A stretch of 64,000 nt of DNA from Candidatus Zixiibacteriota bacterium. Lineage in GTDB: Bacteria; Zixibacteria; MSB-5A5; UBA10806; 4484-95. The stretch spans positions 160,001 to 224,000 of the forward strand of contig JBBIRK010000006.1 of the NCBI GenBank assembly GCA_037441845.1, given 5' to 3'. Position numbers and translations under genes: made by a program. The number at the start of each line of letters is the position of its first letter. Within the stretch, counting starts at the first letter, position 1. The notes under the pieces were generated by a model. It was given only the letters and a program-made list of their open reading frames with translations. It was not told the origin of the DNA and made no database searches. Shown piece after piece: positions 38,598 through 48,945 of the stretch.

Positions 38598-39776
38598 ATG
38601 CGATTGCAACCCGCCATGATGGGCATAGCCATTGGAGTGTTCGCGATTATGTCATGCGCCGAGCGTAATGTGCACAGCCTCCACCAGCGGGCGATCGTGG
38701 CCGATATGCACTGCGATACCGCTTTGAGGCTTTTGCGCGGTCACGAACTTGCCCAAGCCGATTCTGTCGGCCACGTCGATCTCGATAAACTGAAAAAAGG
38801 CGGGATTGATTTACAGGTCTTTGCCTGCTGGATTCCCACCGATACTCCGGCCGACAGCTGCAGATCCAGAGTCGATGAAATGCTGGATACGCTTTACCGC
38901 CAGATCGAAAAAAACGCCGACCGAATTGCTGTCTGCAAAAACGCCGCGGAGGCTTCCGCCATTATCGCCGGCGGAAAAGTGGCGGCGTTGCCCGCTATCG
39001 AAAACGGGGTGGCAATTGAAAATAATCTCGATAATCTGGATCACTTCTATCGCCGCGGCGTTCGCTGCATGACATTGACCCATACTTCGTCGAACGATTG
39101 GTGTATATCGTCGGCCGACACGAATCCTTCTTTCGACGGCCTTACGCCGTTCGGCCGCCGGGTCATCGAGAGGATGAACGAACTGGGGATGATAATCGAC
39201 GTCTCTCATGCTCATCCTTCGGCCGTGCGCGAGGTTTTGCGGCTGTCGCGGCATCCGATAATCGCTTCCCACTCCTGCGCCCGCGGTATCTGCGACCACG
39301 ACCGCAATCTCACCGACGATCAGATAAAAGCGATCGCCGCCGCCGGCGGGGTCATCGGCGTCAATTTCTTTTGCGGCTATCTTTCGCAACAATGGAGCCA
39401 GGTCGTCGATTCGTTCACCGCGGCTCATAAGGCGGAAATCGATTCGATTAGGGAACGTTATAAAAACGATCGCCGCGAGCGGCACCGGGCTATGGCCGGA
39501 ATTTTCGCGGCGATGGATTCCGCCGTGGCCGGTATAAAAGTCGATGTGGCTTTAGTGGTCGATCATATCGATTATATGGTCAAACTTGTCGGCGCCGATC
39601 ATGTCGGCCTGGGTTCCGATTTCGACGGTGTATACAGATTACCGCAGGGGCTTTCCGATTGCTCGATGATGCCCAACATCACCGCCGAACTTATGCGGCG
39701 CGGATATTCGGATACCGATATCGAGAAAATCCTCGGCGGCAATTTTATTCGCGTATTTACGGCCGTCTGCCGGTGA
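38598..39776 (+). CDS. Membrane dipeptidase (peptidase M19), probable lipoprotein
   Basis: DMHCD, IENG, TLTH, IDVSH, ASHS, RNLTD, HVGLGSDFDG, ILGGNF; IMSC lipobox-like motif. Start approximate. Confidence 0.92.
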   Translation: MRLQPAMMGIAIGVFAIMSCAERNVHSLHQRAIVADMHCDTALRLLRGHELAQADSVGHVDLDKLKKGGIDLQVFACWIPTDTPADSCRSRVDEMLDTLYRQIEKNADRIAVCKNAAEASAIIAGGKVAALPAIENGVAIENNLDNLDHFYRRGVRCMTLTHTSSNDWCISSADTNPSFDGLTPFGRRVIERMNELGMIIDVSHAHPSAVREVLRLSRHPIIASHSCARGICDHDRNLTDDQIKAIAAAGGVIGVNFFCGYLSQQWSQVVDSFTAAHKAEIDSIRERYKNDRRERHRAMAGIFAAMDSAVAGIKVDVALVVDHIDYMVKLVGADHVGLGSDFDGVYRLPQGLSDCSMMPNITAELMRRGYSDTDIEKILGGNFIRVFTAVCR

Positions 39777-39800
39777 TTGCAGCCGCACTCTTGTCGATAA

Positions 39801-40511
39801 TCAGGCTTCGCCCAGGTAGGCTTTACGCACTTCCGGGTTTATGGCTATCTCGGCGGCTGTTCCTTCCAGCCGGATGAGTCCGGTTTCGAGAACATAAGCA
39901 TAATCGGCGATACTCAAAGCCATATGCGCGTTCTGTTCCACCAGCAGAATTGTGGCCTCAAGGCGGGAATTGATCTCCACTATCTTCTGGAAAATGGTCT
40001 TGACCAAAATCGGGGCGATTCCCAGCGACGGTTCGTCGAGCAGCAGCAGTTTCGGACGGGCAAGCATCGCCCGCCCCAGGCAAAGCATCTGCTGTTCTCC
40101 GCCCGATAGCTTGCCTCCCGGCTGTTTCAGGCGCTCTTTCAGACGCGGAAACATGCCAAACACGAATTCCATGTCTTTTTCGATTTCGCCTTTGTCTCTG
40201 CGCAGATAAGCGCCCATCGCCAGATTCTCTTTTACCGATAGATTGGCGAAAATCATCCGCCCCTCGGGACCATGTGAAATCCCCATCGCTACTATCTCGT
40301 GCGCCGGGCGATTGGTGATATCTTTGTCGCCGAAAATGATTCTTCCCTCGGCCACTTTTACCAACCCGGAAATCGCCCGTAGCGAGGTCGATTTGCCCGC
40401 CCCGTTGGCCCCAATCAGAGCGACTATTTTCTTGCGAGGGACATCGATCGAAATTCCTTTCAAGGCCTCGATCGCTCCGTAACGGACGCGGACATTTTTC
40501 AATTTCAACAT
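39801..40511 (-). CDS. livF: Branched-chain amino acid ABC transporter ATPase
   Basis: GANGAGKS, PEGR, LSGGEQQM, LLLDEPSLG, VEQN. Confidence 0.93.
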   Translation of the reverse strand: MLKLKNVRVRYGAIEALKGISIDVPRKKIVALIGANGAGKSTSLRAISGLVKVAEGRIIFGDKDITNRPAHEIVAMGISHGPEGRMIFANLSVKENLAMGAYLRRDKGEIEKDMEFVFGMFPRLKERLKQPGGKLSGGEQQMLCLGRAMLARPKLLLLDEPSLGIAPILVKTIFQKIVEINSRLEATILLVEQNAHMALSIADYAYVLETGLIRLEGTAAEIAINPEVRKAYLGEA

Positions 40512-41284
40512 CAGTTTTCGACTCTTTCGCCGAGATATGCTTCGAGCACCGCCGGATTATTCTGAATCTCCCGCGGGCTTCCCTCGGCGATTTTGATACC
40601 GTAATCCAACACGGCGATTCTTTCGCAGATTCCCATCACCACGCTCATGTCATGTTCGATCAACAAGATTCCGCAGCCATAGAACCCCCGCGCCCGGCGT
40701 ATCAAATTCATCAACTGATTTTTCTCGGATTGATTCATTCCCGCCGCCGGTTCGTCGAGCAATACCAGGCGCGGTCGGGAAACCATCGCCCTGACTAATT
40801 CCACTCTTCGCTGCAGGCCATAGGGAAGCGATAGAGCGGGTTCGTTCATTATCTCGCGAAGGCCAAAAAAATCGAGCGCCTCTTTTATTTCGCCGTCGAT
40901 CCGCTTTTCGTACCTGTGGAATTTAGGCCCCTGAATCGTCGCCCCCATCAGGCCGTAACCCGCCTGATAATGGATTGCAGCTTGCACCGTTTGGTAAACG
41001 GTGAGCGATTTGAACAATCTTATATTCTGGAAGGTCCTCGATATCCCCAGTCGGGCGATCTGGGGAATTTTCAGCCCCAAAAGCGATTTCCCTTCGAATA
41101 CGATCGATCCCGCCGAGGGTTTATAGACTCCCGTGATCAAATTGAAAACGGTCGTTTTGCCGGCACCGTTCGGTCCGATCATGCCTACTAAACATCCTCT
41201 CTCGAGTTCGAGATCGAGCTCCGATACGGCCGCCAGGCCGCCGAAATGAATGGAGCATTTTTTTATCGAAAGCAGCGTTTCCAT
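40511..41284 (-). CDS. livG: Branched-chain amino acid ABC transporter ATPase
   Basis: [41 protein letters not shown]. Confidence 0.93.
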   Translation of the reverse strand: METLLSIKKCSIHFGGLAAVSELDLELERGCLVGMIGPNGAGKTTVFNLITGVYKPSAGSIVFEGKSLLGLKIPQIARLGISRTFQNIRLFKSLTVYQTVQAAIHYQAGYGLMGATIQGPKFHRYEKRIDGEIKEALDFFGLREIMNEPALSLPYGLQRRVELVRAMVSRPRLVLLDEPAAGMNQSEKNQLMNLIRRARGFYGCGILLIEHDMSVVMGICERIAVLDYGIKIAEGSPREIQNNPAVLEAYLGERVEN

Positions 41285-41285
41285 G

Positions 41286-42254
41286 TTATCTCGCCGCGCT
41301 TGCCGTCGCTTTTTTCCTCCCGGATCCGAACGCGAATAAACCTCCGGGACGGGCGATCATGATAACCACCAGCAAGAGCGCATAAATCACCATCCGATAC
41401 ATCGCCACCGCCCGTAATGCCTCCGGAAGTATGGTGAGAATCAACGCCGAGAAAATCACCCCGGTTATGCTTCCCATACCGCCGATCACCACCATGACCA
41501 CGATCTCGAAAGAGCGCAAAAAGCCGAATTGCGCCGGATTGATATATGTTACGAAATGAGCATAAAGCCCGCCGGCGATTCCCGCGAAAAACGCCCCGAT
41601 AATGAACGCGCTGACCTTTATCCTGGTGGCGCTTATTCCGGCGGATTCCGCCGCGATCTCGTCGTCGCGCACGGCCAAATAGCCGATACCGTATGTCGAG
41701 TGCAGCAAATTATAAAGCAGATAAATCAGCAGCGCCGCGATCGAGTAAACCCAGAAAAAATCGGTCATCTTGGCGATTCCGGTGAATCCCCGGGCGCCGC
41801 CCAGAAAATCGAGATTCTGGATTATCACTCGGATTATTTCACCCATGCCGAGAGTCGTAATGGCCAGATAATCCCCTTTCAATCGAAGCGTGGGGATACC
41901 TACCAACAGCCCGCACACCGAGGCGGCCGCACCGCCTCCTGCCAGCGCCGGTAAAAAAACAAGCGGCGTAGGTAATCCGCCTCCGGCGCCGATTAAGCTC
42001 GTTATCAAAGCCGAAGTGTAAGCTCCAATCGCCATGAAGCCCGCATGTCCCAGCGAAAATTGACCGGCGAAACCGTTTATCAGGTTCAAGCTCGAAGCCA
42101 GAATGATATTGATTCCTATGTAGATAATGATCTGATAATAGTAGGGGCTTATGCTGCCTTGTAGCTTTCCCAACAGCCAGAATACCGGCAAACTCAGAAT
42201 CAAAACCGCTTTCGGTTTGTGATCCCGAATCATATTCCAGACGATACCGGCCAA
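41286..42254 (-). CDS. livM: Branched-chain amino acid ABC transporter permease
   Basis: GQFSLGHAGF, LRLKGDYLAITTLG, AVRDDEIAA, GGMGS. Start uncertain. Confidence 0.92.
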   Translation of the reverse strand: MAGIVWNMIRDHKPKAVLILSLPVFWLLGKLQGSISPYYYQIIIYIGINIILASSLNLINGFAGQFSLGHAGFMAIGAYTSALITSLIGAGGGLPTPLVFLPALAGGGAAASVCGLLVGIPTLRLKGDYLAITTLGMGEIIRVIIQNLDFLGGARGFTGIAKMTDFFWVYSIAALLIYLLYNLLHSTYGIGYLAVRDDEIAAESAGISATRIKVSAFIIGAFFAGIAGGLYAHFVTYINPAQFGFLRSFEIVVMVVIGGMGSITGVIFSALILTILPEALRAVAMYRMVIYALLLVVIMIARPGGLFAFGSGRKKATASAAR

Positions 42255-42311
42255 TTACCTTACCCCGAAATGCGAATTCTTCCGCCGTTTCCCCATCGTT
42301 TCAATCGAGGC

Positions 42312-43217
42312 CTATACTTTCTCGGTTTCATGTCTGCGCAGTATCCCCGACGGCCGGAAAAGCAGGATCAGAATCAGTATTCCGAATGCTATCGCATCCC
42401 TGAACGCGGGGGAGATGTAACCGGTTACGAAAGTCTCCGTTAAGCCGATTATCATCCCTCCGATCGCCGCCCCGGTCAGATTGCCGATACCACCAAGCAC
42501 CGCCGCGATAAACGCCTTCAATCCCGGAAATATCCCCATAAGCGGATTTATACTCGGATAAACCGAGGCATATAATATCGCCGCCGCCGCCGCCAGGCTC
42601 GAACCCAAGACGAATGTCAACGAAATCACCCTGTCGATATTTATCCCCATCAATCCGGCCGTTTGATGATTGAATGCGACCGCTCTTATGGCGGTGCCCA
42701 TGCGCGTGCCGAAAACGATGAATCGCAATATCAGCATTAACGCCAAGGCGGTCGTTATGACTATTATCGAGTTGGTGTTTATCACCAGATCGCTCGAGTC
42801 GATTATGGCCGCCGAGGGAATCAACTCGGGGAACAACTTCGGATCGGGTCCGAAGACCAATTGGCCGCCGTATTCGAGAAAAAGCGACACGCCGATTGCC
42901 GTTATCAGAATGGTCAGTTTCGGCCGCGAACGCAGCGGGCGATAGGCTATCTTTTCGATCGTCACCCCGAGCGCCGAACAGACGATCATCGCCGCGAGCA
43001 TCACGGCCAGCCCGGCTGGAATCGTCGCCTCGCCGGTCAGAGGCATTATCAGCGGCCCCAGATAATACCCGACGAATGCGCCCACCATGAATACGTCTCC
43101 GTGCGCGAAATTGATGAAACCGAGGACACCGTAAATCATGGTGTAACCCAGGGCGATAAGGGCGTAGATACTCCCCAACGACACCCCGTTTATCACCTGT
43201 TGGAAAAATTCACTCAT
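42312..43217 (-). CDS. livH: Branched-chain amino acid ABC transporter permease
   Basis: GSIYALIALGYTMIYG..INFAHG, GLKAFIAAVLGGIG, RPSGI. Confidence 0.93.
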   Translation of the reverse strand: MSEFFQQVINGVSLGSIYALIALGYTMIYGVLGFINFAHGDVFMVGAFVGYYLGPLIMPLTGEATIPAGLAVMLAAMIVCSALGVTIEKIAYRPLRSRPKLTILITAIGVSLFLEYGGQLVFGPDPKLFPELIPSAAIIDSSDLVINTNSIIVITTALALMLILRFIVFGTRMGTAIRAVAFNHQTAGLMGINIDRVISLTFVLGSSLAAAAAILYASVYPSINPLMGIFPGLKAFIAAVLGGIGNLTGAAIGGMIIGLTETFVTGYISPAFRDAIAFGILILILLFRPSGILRRHETEKV

Positions 43218-43227
43218 CGGATCAGGA

Positions 43228-44367
43228 TCAGGGCTGAATGATCTCCCGCAGGCTCATTTTATTGTCGTTGACCGCAATTATCACCGCCGGCTTGCGCGCG
43301 TTGCGATCGGGCCCGATCGTGATCGTTCCGGTCACCCCCCGGAAATTCTCGGTCTTGGCCAAAGCGTCGCGGATACATTCGGGCTGGGTGTTTCCGCAAC
43401 GCTCGATCGCATCGAATAGTATCCGCCCGGCATCGTAGCCCAGCGCGGCCATGGCATCCGGCGTCTCCCCGAAAGAATTGCGATATCTGGCGACGAATTT
43501 CTGAACCATGGTGTCGGGATCATCGGCCGTATAAGCGGTGCTGAAAAAGGTATTGTCCATCGCTTTCCCGCCGATTTCTATAAGTTTCGACGAATCCCAG
43601 CCGTCGCCGCCGATAATCGGCATGTTCATGTTCAATTCCCTGGCTTGCTTTGCTATCAGGGCGGCCTCGGTGTAGTAGCCGGGCAGAATTATCGCCTGAG
43701 GATCGGCCGCTTTCAACGCCGTCAGCTGCGCCTTGAAATCGACGTCCCCCTCGCTGTAGGCCTGGGTGGCCATGACTTCCCCTCCGAGTCGCTTGAATGC
43801 GATTTCGAAAAACTGTGCCAGGCCGATACTGTAATCGTTGCGAATATCCTTGAGCAGCGCCACCTTTCGCAGTCCAAGCGAATTGAAAGCGAACCTGGCC
43901 ATCACCTCGCCCTGAAAAGGATCGATATAACAGACACGGAAAATGAAATCTCCTTTTTCGGTCACCGCCGGGTTGGTCGATGCCGGACTGACCATGGGGA
44001 TACGATTCTGTTGGCATATCGGCGCTGCCGCCAGGCTGCGCGAGGAGGACACCTCGCCGATAATCGCCACCACGCGATCGCGGGTGATTAGTTTGGTTAC
44101 CGCGGTGGCGGCCTCTTCCGGTTTCGATTGGGTATCCTCGGTGAGAAGTTTAATCGGTCTTCCGAGGATTCCTCCCGACCCGTTGACGTCTTCCACGGCC
44201 AAAAGCAGGCCGCGATGGGTCGATAGACCGAAGGTGGCGGTTGTGCCGGTCAACGAAGAGTATTCGCCGATTAAAATTTCGTCGCTTTTTTGTGATCCGC
44301 CGCATGCGGAAAGGATGGCCAAACCGAGAATGGTCAACGAAATCATTAATTTCCCGCGATTATTCAT
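43228..44367 (-). CDS. Branched-chain amino acid ABC transporter substrate-binding lipoprotein (LivJ/LivK family)
   Basis: LSAC lipobox, SLTG, IIGEVSS, STNP, FRVCYIDPFQG, GGDGW. Confidence 0.92.
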   Translation of the reverse strand: MNNRGKLMISLTILGLAILSACGGSQKSDEILIGEYSSLTGTTATFGLSTHRGLLLAVEDVNGSGGILGRPIKLLTEDTQSKPEEAATAVTKLITRDRVVAIIGEVSSSRSLAAAPICQQNRIPMVSPASTNPAVTEKGDFIFRVCYIDPFQGEVMARFAFNSLGLRKVALLKDIRNDYSIGLAQFFEIAFKRLGGEVMATQAYSEGDVDFKAQLTALKAADPQAIILPGYYTEAALIAKQARELNMNMPIIGGDGWDSSKLIEIGGKAMDNTFFSTAYTADDPDTMVQKFVARYRNSFGETPDAMAALGYDAGRILFDAIERCGNTQPECIRDALAKTENFRGVTGTITIGPDRNARKPAVIIAVNDNKMSLREIIQP

Positions 44368-44392
44368 GGTGTTCTCCTTTTCCTTTTTCCCT

Positions 44393-44422
44393 ATGATAGA
44401 AGCAATTCAGCGACATTGTCAA
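44393..44422 (-). promoter_or_regulatory. Putative sigma70 promoter of the liv operon
   Basis: Minus strand TTGACA-N18-TATCAT. Confidence 0.5.
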
Positions 44423-44467
44423 GGAATGTATGATCACCGCAGATTCCGCGCCCTCGGCCGGCGACAG

Positions 44468-44499
44468 AAAAGCCGACGCGGTGAAAGTCCCGCATCGGC
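44468..44499 (-). terminator. Intrinsic terminator after the S9 peptidase gene
   Basis: Minus strand GCCGATGCGG-GACTTTCA-CCGCGTCGGC-TTTT. Confidence 0.7.
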
Positions 44500-44524
44500 C
44501 GTCGATCCTTCGTTGCCTCAATAT

Positions 44525-46414
44525 CTACTGCAAATGTTTTTCCAGGAATTTTTCCATCGCCTCGTAAAAATCGAATCGGTTTTCTTCGTTGGCGAATCCG
44601 TGGCCTTCATTGTCTTTTACCATATATTCGACTTCTACGCCGCGCTTTCTCAAAGCCTCCACTATCTGATTTGATTCGTCGATCTTCACCCGCGGATCGT
44701 TTGCCCCCTGGGCCACCAGAAGCGGTGCCTTTATTTTTTCCGCATGAAATACTGGCGATCTTTCAACGAAACGGGCGCTGTCCTCGGTCGGATTGCCCAC
44801 CATTTCATACATCATGTCGAGGTAAGGTTTCCAGTAAGGGGGAATCGTTTTCAAGAACGTGAACAGGTTCGATACCCCTACGTAATCGACTCCGCAGGCG
44901 TATAACTCCGGTGAAAACGCCAGCCCGGCCAGCGTGGCGTAACCGCCGTAGCTGCCTCCATAAATAGCGATTCTTTTAGGATCGGCGATCCCCTCCGCGA
45001 TCAACCACTTCACGCCGTCGGTTATATCATCCTGCATCGCGCCGCCCCACTGCTTGAACGACTTCATCCAAAATTCCCGGCCGTATCCGGTCGAGCCCCG
45101 GAAATTGATCTGCAAAACCGCATAGCCGCGATTGGCCAAGAATTGCACTTCGGGATTGAATCCCCAGGTGTCGCGATACCAGGGGCCTCCATGAGGATTC
45201 ACCACCACCGGCAGATTTTTTGGTTCCTTTCCCAGCGGCAAGGTCAGATAACCATGTATCAACAGCCCATCGCGCGCCTTGTAGCTTATCGGCTTCATCG
45301 GAGCCAGCTCGTTTTCGTTGAGCCAGGGATTGCGTTCGGCCAGCTTCGTCAAATTGCCGCTCTCTTTTTCGTATAAGTAGTAGGCGCCCAAGGTGCGGTC
45401 GCTGAAAGTCCTGACTATGAGTATATCTTCTTCCTTATTGTTGAACGTAACCGCCACCTCATAGCCGGGGAGTCTTTTCCTCAGATCGCCGTAAATCATT
45501 TCCGTTTCCTTATCCAGAAACTTTTCTTCGGGTTTCCAGGTGGTGTAATTGATCTGGGTCAAGACTTTTCTCTTGCGGGAATAAGCCATCGACTCTACGT
45601 CCACCTCCGGATGCTCGAATATGACTTCGATTTCCTTTCCCGAGGCTACATCGTATTTGACGATCGCCATCTTGTCCCTGCCCAAATTCGAGGTGGCGTA
45701 GATGTTCTTGTTGTCGAACGTGAAAAACAACGGCGAAAAAGAATCTTTGAAATTGGTTTGCATCAACGTCCGGAACGGTTCGGCGGAATTGTCTCGATAA
45801 AGTATCGACACATTGACACCGTCCGTCGCCGTCGCTATACGGATATTGCCGTCGTGGTCGGTCATCCAGCTGACTATATTGCCGGGATTTTCGGCTTCCA
45901 TCCGTAGCTCGCCGCTGGCGGTGTTCAACCGATAAGCATCGAAAATCTGGGGGTTGCGCTTGTTCATCCCGATTAGCACGTCCGTCGGATGATCGATCAA
46001 GTCGTCTATCAAGCGTACCTGAACCGAATCGAACGGCGTCAAATCCACTTCACGGGTTCCATCGATATTGACCGCGAACAGATGGTAATTCTCGTCTCCG
46101 CCGAAATCTTTCAGGTAGAGAATCCGGTCGTTCCCTTTCCAGAAATAAGCTGATATATCCCTATCGGTCACCGAGGTGACCCTCGTCGCCTTATCCGTTC
46201 CCCGCCGCTGAACGAAAACGTTCATTCTGTTTTCGTAAGGTTGGGTGAACGATATATGATTGCCGTCCGGAGAAATCTGAAAATACGCCTTCTCCGGGTT
46301 CCTGAAAAAATCCCGCAACGGAATCCGCCGCGGCGTCTGCGCCGACAAATGAGTTGCCGCCATCATGAATAGCATGATACACAGCCCCGAGGCCAACAAT
46401 TGATTTTTCACCAT
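44525..46414 (-). CDS. Secreted S9-family (prolyl oligopeptidase/acylaminoacyl) peptidase
   Basis: Signal peptide, HGGP, NFRGSTGYG, GGSYGG nucleophile, GANDPRV, EGHGF. Confidence 0.94.
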   Translation of the reverse strand: MVKNQLLASGLCIMLFMMAATHLSAQTPRRIPLRDFFRNPEKAYFQISPDGNHISFTQPYENRMNVFVQRRGTDKATRVTSVTDRDISAYFWKGNDRILYLKDFGGDENYHLFAVNIDGTREVDLTPFDSVQVRLIDDLIDHPTDVLIGMNKRNPQIFDAYRLNTASGELRMEAENPGNIVSWMTDHDGNIRIATATDGVNVSILYRDNSAEPFRTLMQTNFKDSFSPLFFTFDNKNIYATSNLGRDKMAIVKYDVASGKEIEVIFEHPEVDVESMAYSRKRKVLTQINYTTWKPEEKFLDKETEMIYGDLRKRLPGYEVAVTFNNKEEDILIVRTFSDRTLGAYYLYEKESGNLTKLAERNPWLNENELAPMKPISYKARDGLLIHGYLTLPLGKEPKNLPVVVNPHGGPWYRDTWGFNPEVQFLANRGYAVLQINFRGSTGYGREFWMKSFKQWGGAMQDDITDGVKWLIAEGIADPKRIAIYGGSYGGYATLAGLAFSPELYACGVDYVGVSNLFTFLKTIPPYWKPYLDMMYEMVGNPTEDSARFVERSPVFHAEKIKAPLLVAQGANDPRVKIDESNQIVEALRKRGVEVEYMVKDNEGHGFANEENRFDFYEAMEKFLEKHLQ

Positions 46415-46567
46415 CGCATTTTCCTTTCCGAAAAACGATTATTGAATATCTTCAAATAAGCGCATGATCACCGGGGCGACCTGCATCTTCTTCGCAATAA
46501 GCCGTCCGGCGCAGTCGTTGTGTAGTTTGAGAATCTGCGGCGGAAAGTCGCCTGCGCGCCGCCGATA

Positions 46568-47209
46568 TCATTCTATCAGTCCCAGCTCCCGAAGTTCTTT
46601 TTCGTAGCGCACCCTGACCATGTAGGGTATCGTCTCCGTATATTTGCCAACCGAAGTATGCTGGAATTTCCCCTCTTTTTTGCATTCGTAATAATGTTCT
46701 TTGCTCCGATAGCCGATAATTTCCGCCGGATTGCCGAGAATTATGGCCAAGGGCGGAATGTTCTTCGTCACCACCGATCCCATTCCGATTATCGCCCCCT
46801 CGCCGATCTCCACGCCCGGCATTATCATCACTCCCGCTCCGATCCAGACGAATTCGCGGATTATCACCGGTTTGAGCTCGATGATTTCATCGAACGGAAT
46901 CGCCTTGGCGTTGCGGTAGTGATGTTGAACCGTGAATATCGTGCAGTTGTAACCTATACCGGTGTTCTCACCGACATATAGACCGCCGCTCGAATTGATC
47001 ATCGTGCCGTCGTGGATAAGAACCCGGTCTTTCAAAATAACCCGCTGGGGCATGTTGATTGAAACCGAACGGCCTATGCAAACGTCTTTGCCGTACTCGC
47101 GGAATTGCTCGGGAATGTACGTTCGCCGCATTTCCTCCCGATAGCATCTGCGCAGCCACGATATGAATCGTATCGGCGCCCAATCCTTAATCAGCCGTTT
47201 CAGCTCCAT
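46568..47209 (-). CDS. Hexapeptide-repeat (left-handed beta-helix) acyltransferase
   Basis: VWIGAGVMIMPGVEIGEGAIIGMGSVVTKNIP...GNPA. Confidence 0.88.
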   Translation of the reverse strand: MELKRLIKDWAPIRFISWLRRCYREEMRRTYIPEQFREYGKDVCIGRSVSINMPQRVILKDRVLIHDGTMINSSGGLYVGENTGIGYNCTIFTVQHHYRNAKAIPFDEIIELKPVIIREFVWIGAGVMIMPGVEIGEGAIIGMGSVVTKNIPPLAIILGNPAEIIGYRSKEHYYECKKEGKFQHTSVGKYTETIPYMVRVRYEKELRELGLIE

Positions 47210-47606
47210 ACTTTCCCAACCAGCAATCTTGACCGTCCCACGAGTCGATATGATACGATAACCGATACCCGGTTACAACCGCAAAATCAAATCAACAATT
47301 CTATGAATTTTCATAATTATCGGTAGCCCGGGTGGGATAATAACAATAAACCGCCCCTTCCTAAGTATCCGTAAACGCCGACTTTCCAGTAAAATATATG
47401 TTTTTGTCGCCGTTTGCAATATTTCTTGATATCCCTTAATTGGTAGATTATCCTGATCCGCACGAACAGGTTGCTTTCTTTTGTCAAAAATGACGTTTAC
47501 AATCATCGCGGATTTGCAAGACCGCTGGAAAAAGCAGATCAAGCATCCAGGTATCGCTTATCGCGAGCGGGCGTTCGGACGCACTCCCTATTGAGGAACT
47601 TGCTGC

Positions 47607-47966
47607 GTGCACGAACTGGGAATAGCGGAATCGATCCTCGACACGATCCGCCTAAAAAGCAAAGAGCTGAACGGGGCCTCCATAAAATCGGTAGGCCTCA
47701 GGATCGGCGCTCTTTCGAATATCGTCGATGATGCCCTGCATTTTGCTTTCACGGTGATCGCCAAAGACACCGAATTCGCCTATGTCGAACTCGAAATCGA
47801 GCGTTGTCCGGTGCAGATCGAATGCCTCGATTGCGGCAGGCGTTCAGCGGTCGCCGATTTGCATTTCAGGTGCGACAAATGCGGTTCCGGCAGAGTGGAA
47901 GTAATTCAAGGGTACGAATTGGAGATATCTCATCTGGAGATCGAATCCAATAGCGCCGAAAAGTGA
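47607..47966 (+). CDS. hypA: Nickel metallochaperone HypA
   Basis: MHE N-terminus (GTG start), CLDCG...CDKCG zinc motifs, GYEL.I. Confidence 0.93.
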   Translation: MHELGIAESILDTIRLKSKELNGASIKSVGLRIGALSNIVDDALHFAFTVIAKDTEFAYVELEIERCPVQIECLDCGRRSAVADLHFRCDKCGSGRVEVIQGYELEISHLEIESNSAEK

Positions 47967-48016
47967 TCAAAAAACATTCACTCAGGATATTTACTTTGCC
48001 ATAAAGGAAAAGACCC

Positions 48017-48685
48017 ATGACCGAAAAGATCCCGGTAAATCAAAAACTCCTCTCGGAAAACGACCTGATCGCCGCCAGACTCAGGGAACAATTCGATCTG
48101 AGGGGAATTGTGGCCCTTAATCTAATCAGTTCGCCGGGTTCCGGCAAGACCACCCTCCTTGAAAAAACCATCGGGGCGCTTAAAGATAAATACAGGTTGG
48201 CCCTGATAGCCGGCGACGTGCAGACCGAAAACGATGCAAACCGCCTTATCCGCGCCGGCGGCTCGATCGTCCGGCCGATTGTAACCCGCGGCGCATGCCA
48301 TCTCGATGCCCGCATGGTCGAGCGTGCCGTAGATAGCATCGACCTCGACGAAATCGACCTGCTTTTCATCGAAAACGTCGGTAATCTCGTTTGTCCCGCC
48401 GGATTCGACCTCGGCGAAAAAATGAAAGTGGTTTTAATGAGTACGACCGAGGGGCATGACAAACCGCTGAAATATCCCGCCGTTTTCCGAAGGGCCTCGG
48501 TTGTCGTCATCAATAAAATCGATCTTCTCGGCCTTTCCGATTTCGACCTCGATTGCGCCCGCCGCAATGCGCAGGAGGTAAATGCAGATCTAACGATTTT
48601 CGAAATCTCTTGCCGCGACGGCCGCGGTCTCGAAAAATGGTATGGCTGGCTGACGACGCTGATCGAAAGCGGACGCAATCGCTGA
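48017..48685 (+). CDS. hypB: Nickel incorporation GTPase HypB
   Basis: SSPGSGKT, GDVQT.ND, CHLDA, IENVGNLVCPA.FDLGE, EG.DKPLKYP, NKID. Confidence 0.95.
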   Translation: MTEKIPVNQKLLSENDLIAARLREQFDLRGIVALNLISSPGSGKTTLLEKTIGALKDKYRLALIAGDVQTENDANRLIRAGGSIVRPIVTRGACHLDARMVERAVDSIDLDEIDLLFIENVGNLVCPAGFDLGEKMKVVLMSTTEGHDKPLKYPAVFRRASVVVINKIDLLGLSDFDLDCARRNAQEVNADLTIFEISCRDGRGLEKWYGWLTTLIESGRNR

Positions 48686-48861
48686 TCCGACGAATCGATT
48701 GTGATCGATTTCCATTCGGCCGCCGCAAGCCCGACTTCGGCTCGATAATGATTCGAAACGAAAGGAGGAAAGGCGGTGCCCCGCCGTGGCGCCGATTCTT
48801 TTCCCGCCTTCAATCATGGTTTATGCCCGCCGCTTTACCGCATTAATAAGTCAATAGTCGC

Positions 48862-48891
48862 TTGACAATTTCGTGAACTTGACTCTATAAT
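48862..48891 (+). promoter_or_regulatory. Near-consensus sigma70 promoter of the microcompartment operon
   Basis: TTGACA-N18-TATAAT, about 55 bp upstream of ATG 48946. Confidence 0.7.
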
Positions 48892-48945
48892 TCAAAGGCG
48901 GATTTCACCCGGGATTTCTTGGAGAGAGGACTCGCAGTTAAGAAT

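Noticed and set aside
47210..47606. About 400-bp intergenic region upstream of hypA, examined for a riboswitch or ncRNA
   Set aside because: No recognisable conserved motif or convincing structure by eye; a covariance-model search would be needed.
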